Shown piece by piece: positions 24,995 to 37,329 of a stretch of 64,000 nt of DNA. The notes under the pieces are model-generated. The model saw only the letters and a list, made by a program, of their open reading frames with translations. It made no database searches and was not told where the DNA came from. Source of the stretch: Lama guanicoe. Lineage: Eukaryota. How positions within the stretch are numbered: position 1 is the stretch's first letter; every line of letters begins with the position of its first letter. The translations under genes and the position numbers were made by a program. Location of the stretch: NCBI GenBank assembly GCA_013239625.1, contig MU057346.1, forward strand, positions 5,914,431 through 5,978,430. Direction: 5' to 3'.

Positions 24995-25400
24995 GATAAT
25001 TTTGTGTAGCAAACAATGAAAAGTAAGCTTTTATTTCTCATGTGTCTCAGGCCAGGTGGGAACAGGCTGCATGACTCTGCTGATCTTGGCTGGACTCCCT
25101 CACATACCTGGGGTCCACTGGGGGCACTGACTGGTGTAGTGTGGCCTAGGCAGGGGAAACCAAGGCAACACAGCTTTTCTTCATTGGTTTCTCACTCTCG
25201 CTTCCTAGTCTTGGCAAGTTCTCATGGTGGTAACAGACACAAGAACATAGTGGTAACACAAGACCTGAGGGCCTATACTTGGAACAGGTAGGTAGCACTT
25301 CTGCTGCATTTTGTTGGCCAAAAAATGTCACACTTCAGCTCAGATTGAAGAGGTGGGAAGAGGAACTGGAAAGTCACATGGCAAAGGGACCATGAATGCA
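24995..25400 (-). mobile_element. Old MaLR LTR (MLT1H/J/K group)
   Basis: 'ctgatcttggctggactccctcacatacctgggg', 'cacttctgctgcattttgttggccaaa', 'aagtcacatggcaaaggg'. Confidence 0.65.
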
Positions 25401-26084
25401 TTTAATCTCCTTTAAGTACCTGCTTTGTGCCGAGCATTGTTTTGGGAGTATGAGAGTAAACAGTCATGTCCCTCTCCTTGGGTTTTCTAATTTAATGTCA
25501 ATACTGGACCATCCCCTGGGCTGGAAGGTGAAGTTTTGGCTAATGCATGAATTTCTGGTTGTGTTTTTGATTCATGCTGGACACATCTTTTTTACTTTGT
25601 GTTCCTCATTTATACCCCTATGATTAGCTGTAGCAAATAGTTCCCTAAAGTGAAGAGCAAAAACCCTCTGAGATTTCTTCCAGTAAACAGTTCCTGGTCA
25701 TTGTCTCATTATTTTTCTTAGAACTGCCAGAGAAGAGGGAGAAATTGGTGTGTATGAAGGGTAGGGGAGGTGAGGGTGAGACAGAGGGAATACCAGGAAG
25801 ATGCAGCCAAAATCAGTAAATCAGCTCTCCTCCTATCCCCAAAATCAGACCTGGTGAACCAGACCACTGATTCTCTTGTGTTACGTTTCCTTGATTGAAA
25901 TGCAATTGTCAGCAGCCTTCATCCTAACTCCACAAGAATAGCAACCTCGTCTGCTTACTTCTTTCTATATACCAAATGCCTTACATAGAGCCACATGGTA
26001 GGCATTCTTTAAATATTTGTTTGTTGAGCAGAAAAAGGAGGGGTGACTGAAAGACTGACTGACTATAGACAGATTTTGAAGTTA

Positions 26085-26850
26085 CCATAAAAGGAGGAAG
26101 GTTGTTTTAGAGGCTGCCAGCCAGTGCATTTGACACTAGTGAATGCTGCAATCTCAGGCTGAATTATTAAATAGATGGCTTTTGAGGTGGTGGAATAGAA
26201 AGTTGGGATCACTGGGAGCCACAGTGGTTTCACCAAGAACTGGTCATGTTGAACCAACTCTGATTCTTTTTATAATCAGATTATTGTACCATTGTACACG
26301 AAGGGTATGATGCCCAGCAAGGCAGCTTGTAAAATATTTCATAAAACTCACATAGTCAACAGGATGAAACATGATTTGGATGAGTTCACAGGTTGATTTA
26401 TAACTAAATGTTTAACTGTATATAAAGATCTCCTAGTAATGTCACATTTTTTGGAGGGGAGGAGGGAAGTTTCTCTACCAACACATTGCAGGACTTTCTC
26501 CTTATCTTGTTTGTATTTATCAGTGGCTGGGATACGTTGTAGTGGGTGAACCTGTTGAATTTCCAAATGATGCAAAGCTAGAAGGAAGGAGTTTATCTAT
26601 TGGATGATCGAGTCAGGATTCTATATCATGTTGACCGACCAAGATGATGAGCTGAAATTAAAAGATGAATTTGAATGGGAATAAATTTACAGCCAAGAAT
26701 GGACTTGAAGAGTAATCTACAAAGGTATGGGATAACAACACACAGTCAATTAGAGCCTATTCTGTGATGTAGTGGATAAAGTTTTATGCCTAAGCTGAGT
26801 TAATAGAAGAGTGTTAAGATCAACGGAGATTATAGTCCCCCTGCCTCTTG
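26085..26850 (+). mobile_element. L3/CR1 LINE ORF2 (reverse transcriptase) remnant
   Basis: 'agtggtttcaccaagaactggtcatgttgaaccaac' reads SGFTKNWSC*TN (CR1 QHGFTKNKSCQTNL); 'gatgatcgagtcaggatt' reads DDRVRI (EDRIRIQ); 'gagattatagtcccc' reads EIIVP (REVIVPLY); many stops and frameshifts. Confidence 0.8.
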
Positions 26851-27471
26851 AAGTCCATACGTCAACCATTCAATAAAACATTAATTAAGTAGCTTTCTGT
26901 ATCAGTCTCAGCCAGATACTTTACTTGTTAAATAAATTGATGTGAATTACAAGAAATTCCTACCTACCAGTGCTATACTCTACTTAGAGCTGGGCATTCA
27001 GCAGGTGCTACAAATACCAGGATTCACAGTATGGCCTGAACTCTTATTTACAGCCTGTAGAGTCAACTTGCCTTTTGCTTTTTCACCATTTCTAACTTCA
27101 AACTCTTATTACAAGTAAATGGACTCATTTATTTTAATTTTCTTCTTTTGTTAATCAGCATTCCTTTAATGGCTCATGTGATGGCATCAGGGCTCAGGGT
27201 CTGTCCTGTTTACCCCTTTATCTCTTTTCTCTTTGGATATTGGTGTCATTCTTTCTTATTTGTAGAGAGCTTCTTCCATGCTTCTGTAGGAAAGGCCAGC
27301 AGGAGCTCAAGACTATATTATCCTTATGACTTAACAGTCTCAGAGCAAGAAAGAGACATTGTCCTGGTGTTCATATATGAGAGGAAACTCTGATTGGACT
27401 GACATGTTGATTATATGGTCACTTTTGGATGATCATTTCTAAGTATGTTGTTCATTCCTATCATGTAAGGG

Positions 27472-27503
27472 GTGTGTGTGTGTGTGTGCGTGTGTATGTG
27501 TGT
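27472..27503. repeat. (TG)n microsatellite, imperfect
   Basis: gtgtgtgtgtgtgtgtgcgtgtgtatgtgtgt. Confidence 0.9.
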
Positions 27504-28944
27504 TTGTCGGGGGGGTATGTGAATAACAAGTTTACTCCCATGTAAACCACATGGAATTTCCCCAGGAAAGAGCAGGGGTTTTATTACCAAAGAAATGAGG
27601 AAAGTATGCTAGAGTTACAAATATATCTATAAACTCTTCCTGAAGAAATCATTAAAGCTTGGGAAGGAAGAGGAAGAAGAAAGAGAGATGAGGGGGCCCT
27701 TCATCTTTAAATGCGTTAACAACTTCCCAAATTAAAGGAGGAAGAGTTGGCTGGGATTTCTTTCGATCAGACATTATTTTAAGACTGAAGCAGAGGACAG
27801 ATTCGGGCTGATTTGCTGTTGACTTTCCCCACTTGAGTTTTCAGACTTTCCACCTTTCTTTTTCTTCTGTTGTTTGGATGTGTGAAGGAATGTCCTGGGG
27901 AAGATTGAAGTCCTTAGGTAAAAAAAAACTTAATGAGGAACACAGTGATGATGCCTTGGTAATTTGCAAGAAAGTCCTGGCTCTCTTCTGCAGATGGTCC
28001 TAGAGAAGTAAGAAAAGACACTTTCATTTTCAGCTCATCTATATGCCTGTCTCTGCTTGCTGTGGCTGGTTATTTTGAAGGTTCCCACAGAGCAAGGAAA
28101 TGGGGACCCTCAGCCTCACTTCTCCTTGGCTGATAGAGTAGCTGGAGGACCTGTTGTGGGGGTACATGCTCCATGTGAATGGACAGGGAACATAGTTTTC
28201 TGGCTCTAGAGACTCTGATGCTCAGGCTAATTTACACACTAGGATCCCCGAAGCCCTTCCAAACCATCACATTCTCTGCTGCTTGATTACTTGGGCTGGC
28301 AGGGGAACGCTTGCATGGGTACCCAACAAAGTCCTTAATCTTGATGTCACCTGCTTTGGCTGTGGACTTCACTCTAGGGCTTGAGAGTCATTTTGCAGAA
28401 AAATTTCAATCCTAATGATGTTTATCGTGACTGATACTAGAACGGGTGATTTCTGTGAATGCCGTGAAGCCAGCTGGCCTGTGATTGGAAGTTATTTGGT
28501 ATCAGAAAATTGGCCCTCAGTGGAAAGGTCACTGCAGATTATACACAAAATAAGTGAGTCACAGGATGTTTGGAGTGATTTTTTGTACTCAAGCTTAGGT
28601 CCACAAATGCCATCTTTTTACTTATTTTTATAGCCTCCTTGAAAGCTGTGCATCATTTGCCTTTCCATTTATATGAGCTATTAAGAGTGGAAATCTGCTG
28701 CAATTTATCTACTATAAATTCTAAGAACCTGTCATGTTCCATTGCCCCCAACCCTGAGGAAAAAGGTATGGGGTCAGGTGTTTTCGTATTTTTTACCTTA
28801 ATGCAGATTTTATACATAGAGATGTAATATTAACAGATTCATATAAGTGCATAAAATATATTCAGTGGATCTATTAATATGCGTGCATTTTAAAATATAT
28901 TTCATATGTGCAATATCTATTTTAAATATATGGCATGTATTTTA

Positions 28945-29035
28945 TCTTCTTACAACCCTGTGAGATAGATATGATTATCCTCATTTTTAGAGATGAAGAA
29001 ATAGAAGAAATTAGGTGACTTTCCCAAGATCATGG
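28945..29035 (-). mobile_element. MIR core fragment
   Basis: 'acaaccctgtgagatagatatgattatcctcatttttagagatgaagaaa'. Confidence 0.8.
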
Positions 29036-29639
29036 AGTCAGTCAAGATTGTCAGATGCATATAATAGACACCAAACCTGATTAATTTCAGCAGAAAATAG
29101 ATTTGTCAAAATAGTATTGAGTAGTTCATAGTATTTCTGGGAAGGCTAGAGATACAGGTCTAGAGATCACACAGCCAAGAATAACACTGCCGAAGACCCC
29201 AATTCTGCTGCCCCAGGTCCACAGCCTGAGATGTGTCCTCCTTAGAGCACATCGGAGTGAGGGACTCCATCACCGCAGTCTCAGGAAGACGTGAAGCTGA
29301 GGCTGCTGCCTTCTTAGAATGCCTTCTTTGACAGACCTGCTTCCGTTTCCAAGTCTGGACGTGTGAGTGTTACCAGAGGCCTTTGTTTTGAAAGGAATTT
29401 ACATTTATGAATGAAAAAAATGGGTCTCAAACACTAATTCTTAAATTTGGGGAAAGTTCAGGGTTATAATGTAGTAAATTGTTAGAGAATCACTGTAGTA
29501 TATTCAAGAACAAAAAAAAATGGGTAAATAATGTCGATTGGGAGGAACTATGAAAGTTTTAAGCCTGTGACAAAGTAGAATAGCTTAGGATGTCCTTGCT
29601 GAAAACAGATCCACAAAGTAGCTATTTAAATGTTTTGAA

Positions 29640-30760
29640 TGTTTTCAGCCACAGCAGTAGTGCATGAACTTAGAAAAAAAAAGATTAAACATCACAAATA
29701 AGCCTCAAGTCGCCTTGACCATCACCAGCAATCCCTAGGGAGTTCCTCCATATGTGATGCCACTACTCTTATTAGTACAGATCCTTTAAAACTTACTCGT
29801 ATGTGTTTTCACCCATAGATTTGTATCATAGAGAATGGATAGTATTGTTTAGTGTGTGTGTGTTTCCTTTAGCACTGTGTCTTTGAGACTTCTCTGTGTT
29901 GGAATGTACAGATTTCCTTCAATAGTTTACGTATTGCATAGTATTTCATCATATGAGTACCTGTGGCAGCTTATTATGACAGCCCCCTATTGATATACAT
30001 CTAGACATTTGCAGTTTTTTGCTGTTGCCAACACGACTCCAATGGCTATCCTTGAACATGTCTCTTTGTGGACTCTGGGTGCTTCTTCAGGGCAGCTATG
30101 AGAAATGGAATTGCTATGTCTCAGTGGATGCACATTTAAACCTTAGTAGGTCCTGGCAAATTGCCCTTGAAAGCACCTGTACCAAATTATACTTCCACTT
30201 GCTATTTGAGAGTAACCATTTCCCCACATCAATGACATTAGCAAACTTCTTAATTTTTACCCATGTGAAGTGTGTTTTTAAAAAAATTTTTGCCCATGTG
30301 AAATTCCTGAACTCTGGTGATGATGAACATCTTTTTGTGTATTTGTTCTATTTATATTTTCTCTTTTATGTATGCCCTATTCCCATTCTTCCTCATCAGT
30401 GTCTTATTTTGTTTCATTTCTAGACTCCTGTGGATATTTCATATAAATGAAATCATATAGTATGTAGCTTTTGTGCCTGGCTTAGTTTACTCAACATGTT
30501 TTTGAGGTTCATCCATATTATAGCATGCATCAGTACTTAATTCCTTTTTATGGCTGAATGATATTCCAATGTATGGATGTTCCAAATTTTGTTTTTCCAT
30601 TCATTATTGATGGCTATTTGGGCTGTTACCACCTTTTGGTTATTGTTAATAGTGCTGCTGTGAACATATGTGTATGAATATCTAAGTATTTGTTTAATTC
30701 TTTTGTGTAGGAGTACAATTGCTGGCTCATATGGCAATTTTACATTAAATCTTCTTGAGG
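29640..30760 (-). mobile_element. Old L1 fragments (L1ME-like to about 30400, L1MC/MB-like about 30420-30760)
   Basis: 'gcagttttttgctgttgcc...ctatccttgaacatg', 'tgtaccaaattatacttccac', 'catataaatgaaatcatatagtatgtag...ttttgaggttcatccat'. Confidence 0.75.
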
Positions 30761-30769
30761 CTATGCTGA

Positions 30770-30980
30770 GCTGTATATATTCTCTTCCTTAATCTTCTCA
30801 CCGACTCATTGAGGAAGGGCTATAATTACCTCTTAACAGATAAGGAAGTAGAGGTAAGAAAACTGAGGCCCAGAGAGGTTAAGTGGTTTTCCTAAGGTTA
30901 TATTCCTACTAAGTGGTAAAATTGGGCTTTAAGCCAGGCAGGCTGATTCTAGAATCTGGGCCCTTAACTACTGTGCTACC
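30770..30980 (-). mobile_element. MIR SINE
   Basis: 'aaactgaggcccagagaggttaagtggttttcctaaggtt...cccttaactactgtgct'. Confidence 0.85.
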
Positions 30981-31924
30981 CTGCCTCTCCTACAGTGCCT
31001 AAGGAGGATGGTGTCAAGAAATGAGTTAGTTTGCTTATGTAGAGGATTGTTAATTGAAAGAAGAAATATTATTATAGAAATGTTACATAATGGCAAAGCT
31101 GCAAGACCACCTGTTGTTACCATCAAAGGGAAAGTGAACACAATCTCTGTGGGCACTTTTCTGCTCACCTGTGCAGGCAGACATCACTGCCACCTGGAAG
31201 GAGCAGACACCTATTCTCCCAGCCTTTCCCCCTTTCTGTCATCTCTTCAGTCTCTAACCAGTTCTAAGCCCTTTGCCCCTGAGGGACTAGTGATTTCAAT
31301 TATAGTGGGACTCTCAAGCAGCGTATCTGAATGGGAAGTTGCACAAACATCTGAGTCTTCATTTCATTGTTAGGGAGAGCCCAGAATAAGTGGTGTTCAT
31401 TAGGATTAATACCTGTTCACTTTGTAAATGTGAAATTGATCACAGATAGCCTTTTGAAATAAGACATCAGGGTGACTGAGTAGTAAGGTGAGAGCAAGGT
31501 CTCTTCTGGGTTCATCACAACTGAGACCAGGTAACTGCAGAAAAGTGAAATTGACCCTATGAGACACATGATTGTTAGAAAGTGCCAGCATCACTGTGGG
31601 GGCAGACAGGCAGCAAAATCTCTGTTGTATCTGCTACACTGGAGAGACACTGAAGAGCCTAGTTGTCTCTCCAAATGCTCCTATCCTATAGTGGCATCTC
31701 TTATCAGCCTGCTAGAGTAGGGTACACTCCAGACACCTGGGTATGTTAATAGCTGGCTGCCTACCAAAGTATGTGCTGTTGAAGCACGAAATTCCATTTC
31801 CAAGCAAGTTTTTAAATCTCCTGGTATATTGAAATCTGTTGTCTATTTCATATAAATAAAAGCTTCGGAATGTCCCGTGATTTATTTCTCTGTGTGTGTC
31901 TTGATATGTAGTATGTAGTCAGCC

Positions 31925-32345
31925 ATTAGCTGGGCATCTTCCATTTGCTCCTCTAGACCCATCAGTGAGTTCTCTTGCCCTCTGGTTTCTCATTAGGTGT
32001 GGTCAATGGGAGGCATAGCTGGAGACTGGAGAGAAGGAAGGATGAAAAGGAATTGAACACACCTGAATTTGTGATTCACTTCTTGGTGGGACATAGTTTG
32101 GTGGTGATTGTGTTTCATGTGGTGGGTCACAGCACTTACCAGGTAGCCCTCTCCCAAAGCTATAGATTTTGTTGACTTCTGGTAATACTTCCTCCATTTT
32201 CCCCTTCAATCTTGGGGTGGTATATCCACTTCTCACTCTTGCTAGCCCTGGGGCTTTGTTCCCTGTGGATTTTCCTCAGCTTGCCACTGCTTTATATGCC
32301 ACCCCTATAGCATACCATCTGTTTCTGGCCATGACCCTGACTAGG
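31925..32345 (+). mobile_element. ERVL solo LTR, LTR41-like
   Basis: 'ggtcaatgggaggcatagctggagactggag' and 3' end 'ataccatctgtttctggccatgaccctgac'. Confidence 0.6.
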
Positions 32346-33341
32346 GTAGCCACTCAGTAACTCCTGTCCCTATGGCAGGAGGGGGTAAGAATCCCAAAGC
32401 TGGAACAGAATACAGGTCAACTAGGCATCAAACTGTGGCACTATCATCTTGTGCCTAATAAAACTGGACTAGAGAAAAGGAGATTTGACGGCTGAGGAAT
32501 TTGGTTAGGAAATGGGGGCAGCAGAGGATTGTGGATGAGAAGTTGCCTAAGAGGGGCACTTAGAATAGAGGCGAGAAAAATAATATTCCAACCAGAGTTA
32601 TTAATTTGTAGCCACTTGAGGGGCAATTGGTGAGATGATCTATGGGTTCCAGCTGTGTACACACAACTCACTTTCATACATGCTCTTATTGCTAGAGTAA
32701 CTTTTTCCTTTCCTTAGTAAACTTCAAGAAGGGGCACCAACTAGGCCATTTCCCACCCCTCACCCCAGGATCTGAGCTCCTTGCAGGTTCGTGGGATGAC
32801 CCAAGCCATTTCTTCCTCTTGTCTTTTCTCACTCAAAGGTCCCCTTTGACAATTTTTTCACCACGATTAATTCATAGTCTTTATGACTTAGTCAACCATG
32901 ATAATTGTTAGTCTGACAGGACATGAAATCTGTCCAATAGGTTTTGGTCCCATTTATCTGTGCAAAATGTAGTTTAGGAATCATGGTTAGGGGCAAAGAA
33001 CATTAAAATTTCAAACGTTTTGGAGTTCTTTGGGACCAGTGGGAATAAAGTCTGTATCTATACTTTGAAAATGGGAATGAAGACCCCAGAAGTTCTGAAA
33101 AATTCTGTTTTATAAGGTGAGGACATACACCTGTAAGTATGAAACCAAACTCCTTATACATTAAATAATATGGAACACAACAATGGGTTCAAAGGGAAGC
33201 AGGATCTGCTAGAATAGAGGAAAAAGTAACAACTCAGGGTATGAGGACATTTTCTTCATGATCCACTATGCTTCTCACCTTCAAGAGGGCCCGGATAAAT
33301 ATGTATGAAGAAAACTATGTATATCTCTTTGTCATGGTGAG

Positions 33342-33882
33342 TGTTGGAGGTCCCCAAGACCACTCCCAGATTTGATGCTTTTCTAGGAGAATTTATAGAC
33401 TCGGCATACAGTTGTACTGGTGGTTATGATTTATTATGGCAAAACAATACAAAGCAAAATCAGCACAGGGGGCAAATACTAGAGGGAACTGAGTATAAGC
33501 TTCCAAGAGTCCTGTCCCAGTAGAGTCACACAAGATGTGCTTAATTCCCCCAGCAATGAGATATGACAACACATGAAATGTCTACCGGGAAAGCTCATTA
33601 GAGGCTCAATGCTTTGGGTTTTTATTGGAGATTGTCACATAGGCACCCTCTGCCTGGCACATGCTCAAATTCTAGACTCCCAGGAGGAAAGCAGGTGTTC
33701 TTGATAAAAGGATCATATTGTTTTAATAGTATAGGCACAGTGAGCCCTCTTCTCAATTCTGGGAATGGTGAGAACTCTCCTCAAATCCAAATTTCCAGGT
33801 GCAAGCCAAGGGCCAACCTGGCAAGCAGGCCTTTTTAGGAATGTTTACTCTTTTTCTTGCTATGTTTACTCTTTTTCTCACA
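33342..33882 (-). mobile_element. MER68 ERVL solo LTR, near full length
   Basis: 'ggtccccaagaccactcccag...gcaaaatcagca...agactcccaggaggaaagcaggtgttc...gccaagggccaacctggcaagcaggccttt...ctttttctcaca'. Confidence 0.85.
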
Positions 33883-35070
33883 TGGTATCAAATTGATTAC
33901 CCCTGATTAAAAGAGGCAGCTGTACAATTTCACAGCAAGTAGAGTTTTGTTTCTCTTAGATACCATGAATAATTGGGACTTCTTAGAATGTCAGATTTCT
34001 TTTTCCAGGTACCTTACCAATGATTTCCAGACCTCAGAAACACTGTTAACAGTTGATGTCAATTAAATTATTACTCACAGTCCCCTTCTTCTTTGCATCC
34101 CATCCTGAGGGGCTTAAGTCCAAGTTCCCAAGAGCCATCCATGATGCATATAAGACTTGTCTCTCAGAGTTTTTCTAGGAGTTAAATCCTGTGTCATAGG
34201 AGGGCTCCCCATGAAATAAACTCTCTTTTATCCAAAAAGCTTTATATTCCACCCCCATAGACCAAGTACACTAGGGATTCACTTTCATCCATGTGCTCTT
34301 GGTTCTTGCCCAGCCGTGTTAACTGGGGCCCTGTGGCTACTATGACATGTATCCTTCTCTCTCTAGCAGGCCCAACACTTGCTCATTGGGTTAGGCTGAG
34401 AGTCAATACTGGTATTGGTCTGGTAGCCAGCAGAGGATGTGGGTATGTTGTTTTGCTAGGCATTTACCCCATTTGAGGTGTTGCTATTCTTCAGTCAAAG
34501 GAAGGGTCCTGTCTTCCAACAAGAGAAAGGAAGACAGTTTGGCAGGCCCAGAGAGTTCAGGAGACTCTTAGGGTTGAAGGTAATCAAGTGCATCAGAGTC
34601 CCATTCCTTCCAGTTAAGATCCTGACTTTGGTGTAGGATGTATGTCTAGCCTGAAAATCCTGCCTTCTCTGAAGTTCTGTCATTCTTATAGTTAAGTCCT
34701 GTTCTACTCTTTAGCACCACATAATTTGCTCTAAATTGTTGAGTGATTGCCCTGAGGCTGTCATTTTTCTCTTCAGTGCATTCACAGTATTCAGCAACCC
34801 AATTTTACAATCCTGATAATTACTGTATCTCTCATTCCTCCCCAACACCAGAGATGTTACACAAGCCAGTGCATCCCCTTCTACCTGTAGCCTGCCCCAG
34901 TCATCCACAGGTCAAAGTCTTAGTAACTGCACTGTGCCAACATGCCACGGATGTTATGATGCTTCATCTCCCACCAGTGATGGACTCCTCATTGCTGGGC
35001 AACCAGTCAGTGACCTGACTCCAGAATCCCTTCCTTTAAGTCTGGTTCTTAGGACTGCTTCTCATACTAA
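33883..35070 (-). mobile_element. ERVL internal region (ERV3-16A3/HERV16-like): PBS remnant, leader and decayed gag
   Basis: Minus-strand ORFs 34711-34908 (WGRLQVEGDALAC...NYQDCKIG) and 34495-34683 (ELQRR...SYTKVRILTG), and 'GWNIKL' near 34240-34258, match ERVL gag motifs; may extend left beyond MER68. Confidence 0.75.
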
Positions 35071-35084
35071 CTTTTTTAGGTCAG

Positions 35085-35572
35085 TATGGGAGGCAGAATA
35101 ATCTCCCGAAAGATGTCCATGTTCTAGTCCCTGGAACCAGTGGGTATGTTACCTGACATGGTAAAAGAGACTTTGCAGATGTGATAAAGGAGGCTTTATA
35201 GGATCTTGACATGAGGAAATTAGCCTGGATTATCCAGGTAGGTCCAGTGTATTTACAAGCATCATTATTAAAGAGATGCAGGAGGGGTCAGAGTCAGAGA
35301 AACTAATGTGACAATGGAAGAAAAAGTTGCAGTGATACAAGGCCATGAGCCAAGGAATGCAGGTGACTTCATGGTATTAGAAAAGACAAGGAATGGATTG
35401 GTCCCCTAAGAGTTTCCAGAAGGAACACAGACAATCCTGCTGACATCCTGATTTAGCCTAATGAGACCTGGGTCAGATTTCTGACTTCCAGAACTATAAG
35501 ATAATAAATTTGAATTGTTTGAGCTTCTAAATGTGTGGGAATTTGTTACAGCAGTGATAGGAAACTAATACA
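35085..35572 (+). mobile_element. MLT1D MaLR solo LTR inserted in the ERVL LTR
   Basis: 'ggcagaataatctcccgaaagatgtccatgttctagtccctggaacc...gagactttgcagatgtgataaagg...tttgttacagcagtgataggaaactaataca'. Confidence 0.9.
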
Positions 35573-35950
35573 CTTGAGTTCTCTAGAAGCAGGGCATGAG
35601 ACAGAGATCTGGGTACACATGATTTACTGAGAGAATGCTCTCAGGAGACCCCTATAAGAGAGTGAAGAAGACAAGATGAAAGGGAATTGCCAAGCAATTC
35701 TTGCCTCCCTTGAGGCAAAGAGGCTGCCCTTTGATTTAGGTTTTAGGGACTCATTGGTGGCTCCTGGACTGGTAGTGATGGTGAGGCTTGGGGATACCAT
35801 GTATCCTTCTAGATGACATGATTCCTATCAGCAGAGCCATTCTCTGTTAGCAGCCAATACTTACAGCAGGTGGGGATGGGTGCACAGTCCCTGTAAAGTC
35901 CCTGCTCATACAGAGCAGACTTGTACACTCCAAGAAGACCACCTGATGTG
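35573..35950 (-). mobile_element. LTR33/LTR16-like ERVL LTR (5' LTR of the adjacent internal region; its last bases lie at about 35071-35084)
   Basis: 'gagttctctagaagcagggcatgagacagagat...tgatttactgagagaatgctctcagg...gttagcagccaatacttacagcagg'. Confidence 0.7.
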
Positions 35951-36399
35951 CCAGACAAGAGGAATACAAAAATATGTAAACAGTGGTGACTTTTCTAGTC
36001 TAATTGCTTTGGCCTCCAAATACACATTTAATTTGACATGCATGAATGCAGCTAGGTGAATTCAGTTGCCTAATCACCAGTTACTAAAACCTGTAGTTTT
36101 GCAGAATTCAGCTGCTTTACTGAATTCTTCCAGCTTCTGTTTTAGTTTGTTCATGCAACCTTGGCTTGCCCTAGTTGCTTGATGGTTTTGCAACTGACAT
36201 CAGACCACTGGCACGATCACATTTGAGTGAGAATCCTCTTGGACTTACTGACTTGACTGGGTATTTTTGGCTGGTCTGGGACTTCCGAGTGGGGGGCAAC
36301 ACAGGTCCTTGAATACTAATCACTGGTCTGTCCCCTGACTTGATCAACACAGGAGGCGGGACACTAGTAGACAGTCTCCAGTGGAGATAGAGTTTCAGC

Positions 36400-36750
36400 C
36401 TTAATTATTTTACCCCTTGACGGCACAATGAACACATCCAAACCGATGGAAAATGGGATTCTTCACTGAGCTGCATTGTGCCCCAGATCCGTAATTTGAT
36501 ACAAAAGCTTCACACAAATTGAAATTAAAATGCATTTTAGATGCTTTCTGCCATCAAAGCAGTTTGCACCAGCAGGCTTCTCTCTTTCATGAGTTTGCTA
36601 TAGAAAGAGGGGGAACCAGGCGGCTTTGCTGTTGGTGGCTGTCTGTGACAGTAACACAATCTCCCCGCTTGTCAACTGCAGGCAAGAAAATGAAATAAAA
36701 TAAAAACCAACTGGAGGTCTAATTATCCTTTTTAAAATGACTTCATCCTG
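36400..36750. promoter_or_regulatory. Candidate conserved enhancer
   Basis: No recognisable repeat; inverted SOX-type sites, ATCAAAG, TGACAG, two TAATTA. Confidence 0.4.
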
Positions 36751-36904
36751 TAGAGTGGCCCACTGAATACGTAAGAGGCACCTTTCCTTTCTTCTTTTCC
36801 TCTTGGGTGTTTGGGGTCACACCAACAGAGGGAGTCACAGTAGGATTCAGGAGATGGGGCACTCAATGTTTGAATCTAATTTACTTGCTTCAGCCTTTAC
36901 ACAG

Positions 36905-37135
36905 GGAATGGCTATCTGCCAGGCATTGTGTGAAGCACTCCTCAGATAGAACACATTTATTTTTCATAATGACTTTATGAAATAAGTACTGATATTATTG
37001 GTATTTTAGGGAAACTAAGGAACAGAGAGGTGAAGTGACTTGCCCAAAGGCACACAACTAGGAAGCAGCACTAGAGTTGGAATTTGAACCTGGAAAACTT
37101 GGCACTAAGTTCAGGATCTTAATATACTATGTTCT
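36905..37135 (-). mobile_element. MIR SINE
   Basis: 'gaaactaaggaacagagaggtgaagtgacttgcccaaaggcacacaactaggaag'. Confidence 0.85.
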
Positions 37136-37329
37136 TTCTTATGCTGAATCTGGAGTTTGACTTTCACAAAGGAAACAACATAAATCTCCTATCTCTCTAG
37201 ACTCCAACCCTAACCCTGATGGCCTCCTGGTAGGGCAGTCCTTTGGTCACAGCAGGACCATGAGTGCAGATCCATGGGTGTTCACAGTATATCCCGAGTT
37301 TCATCCTTGAATATGAATCCCCCCAAGTT

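Noticed and set aside
30019-30423. 134-aa hydrophobic ORF
   Set aside because: Antisense reading of a decayed L1; typical F/L/C-rich artefact
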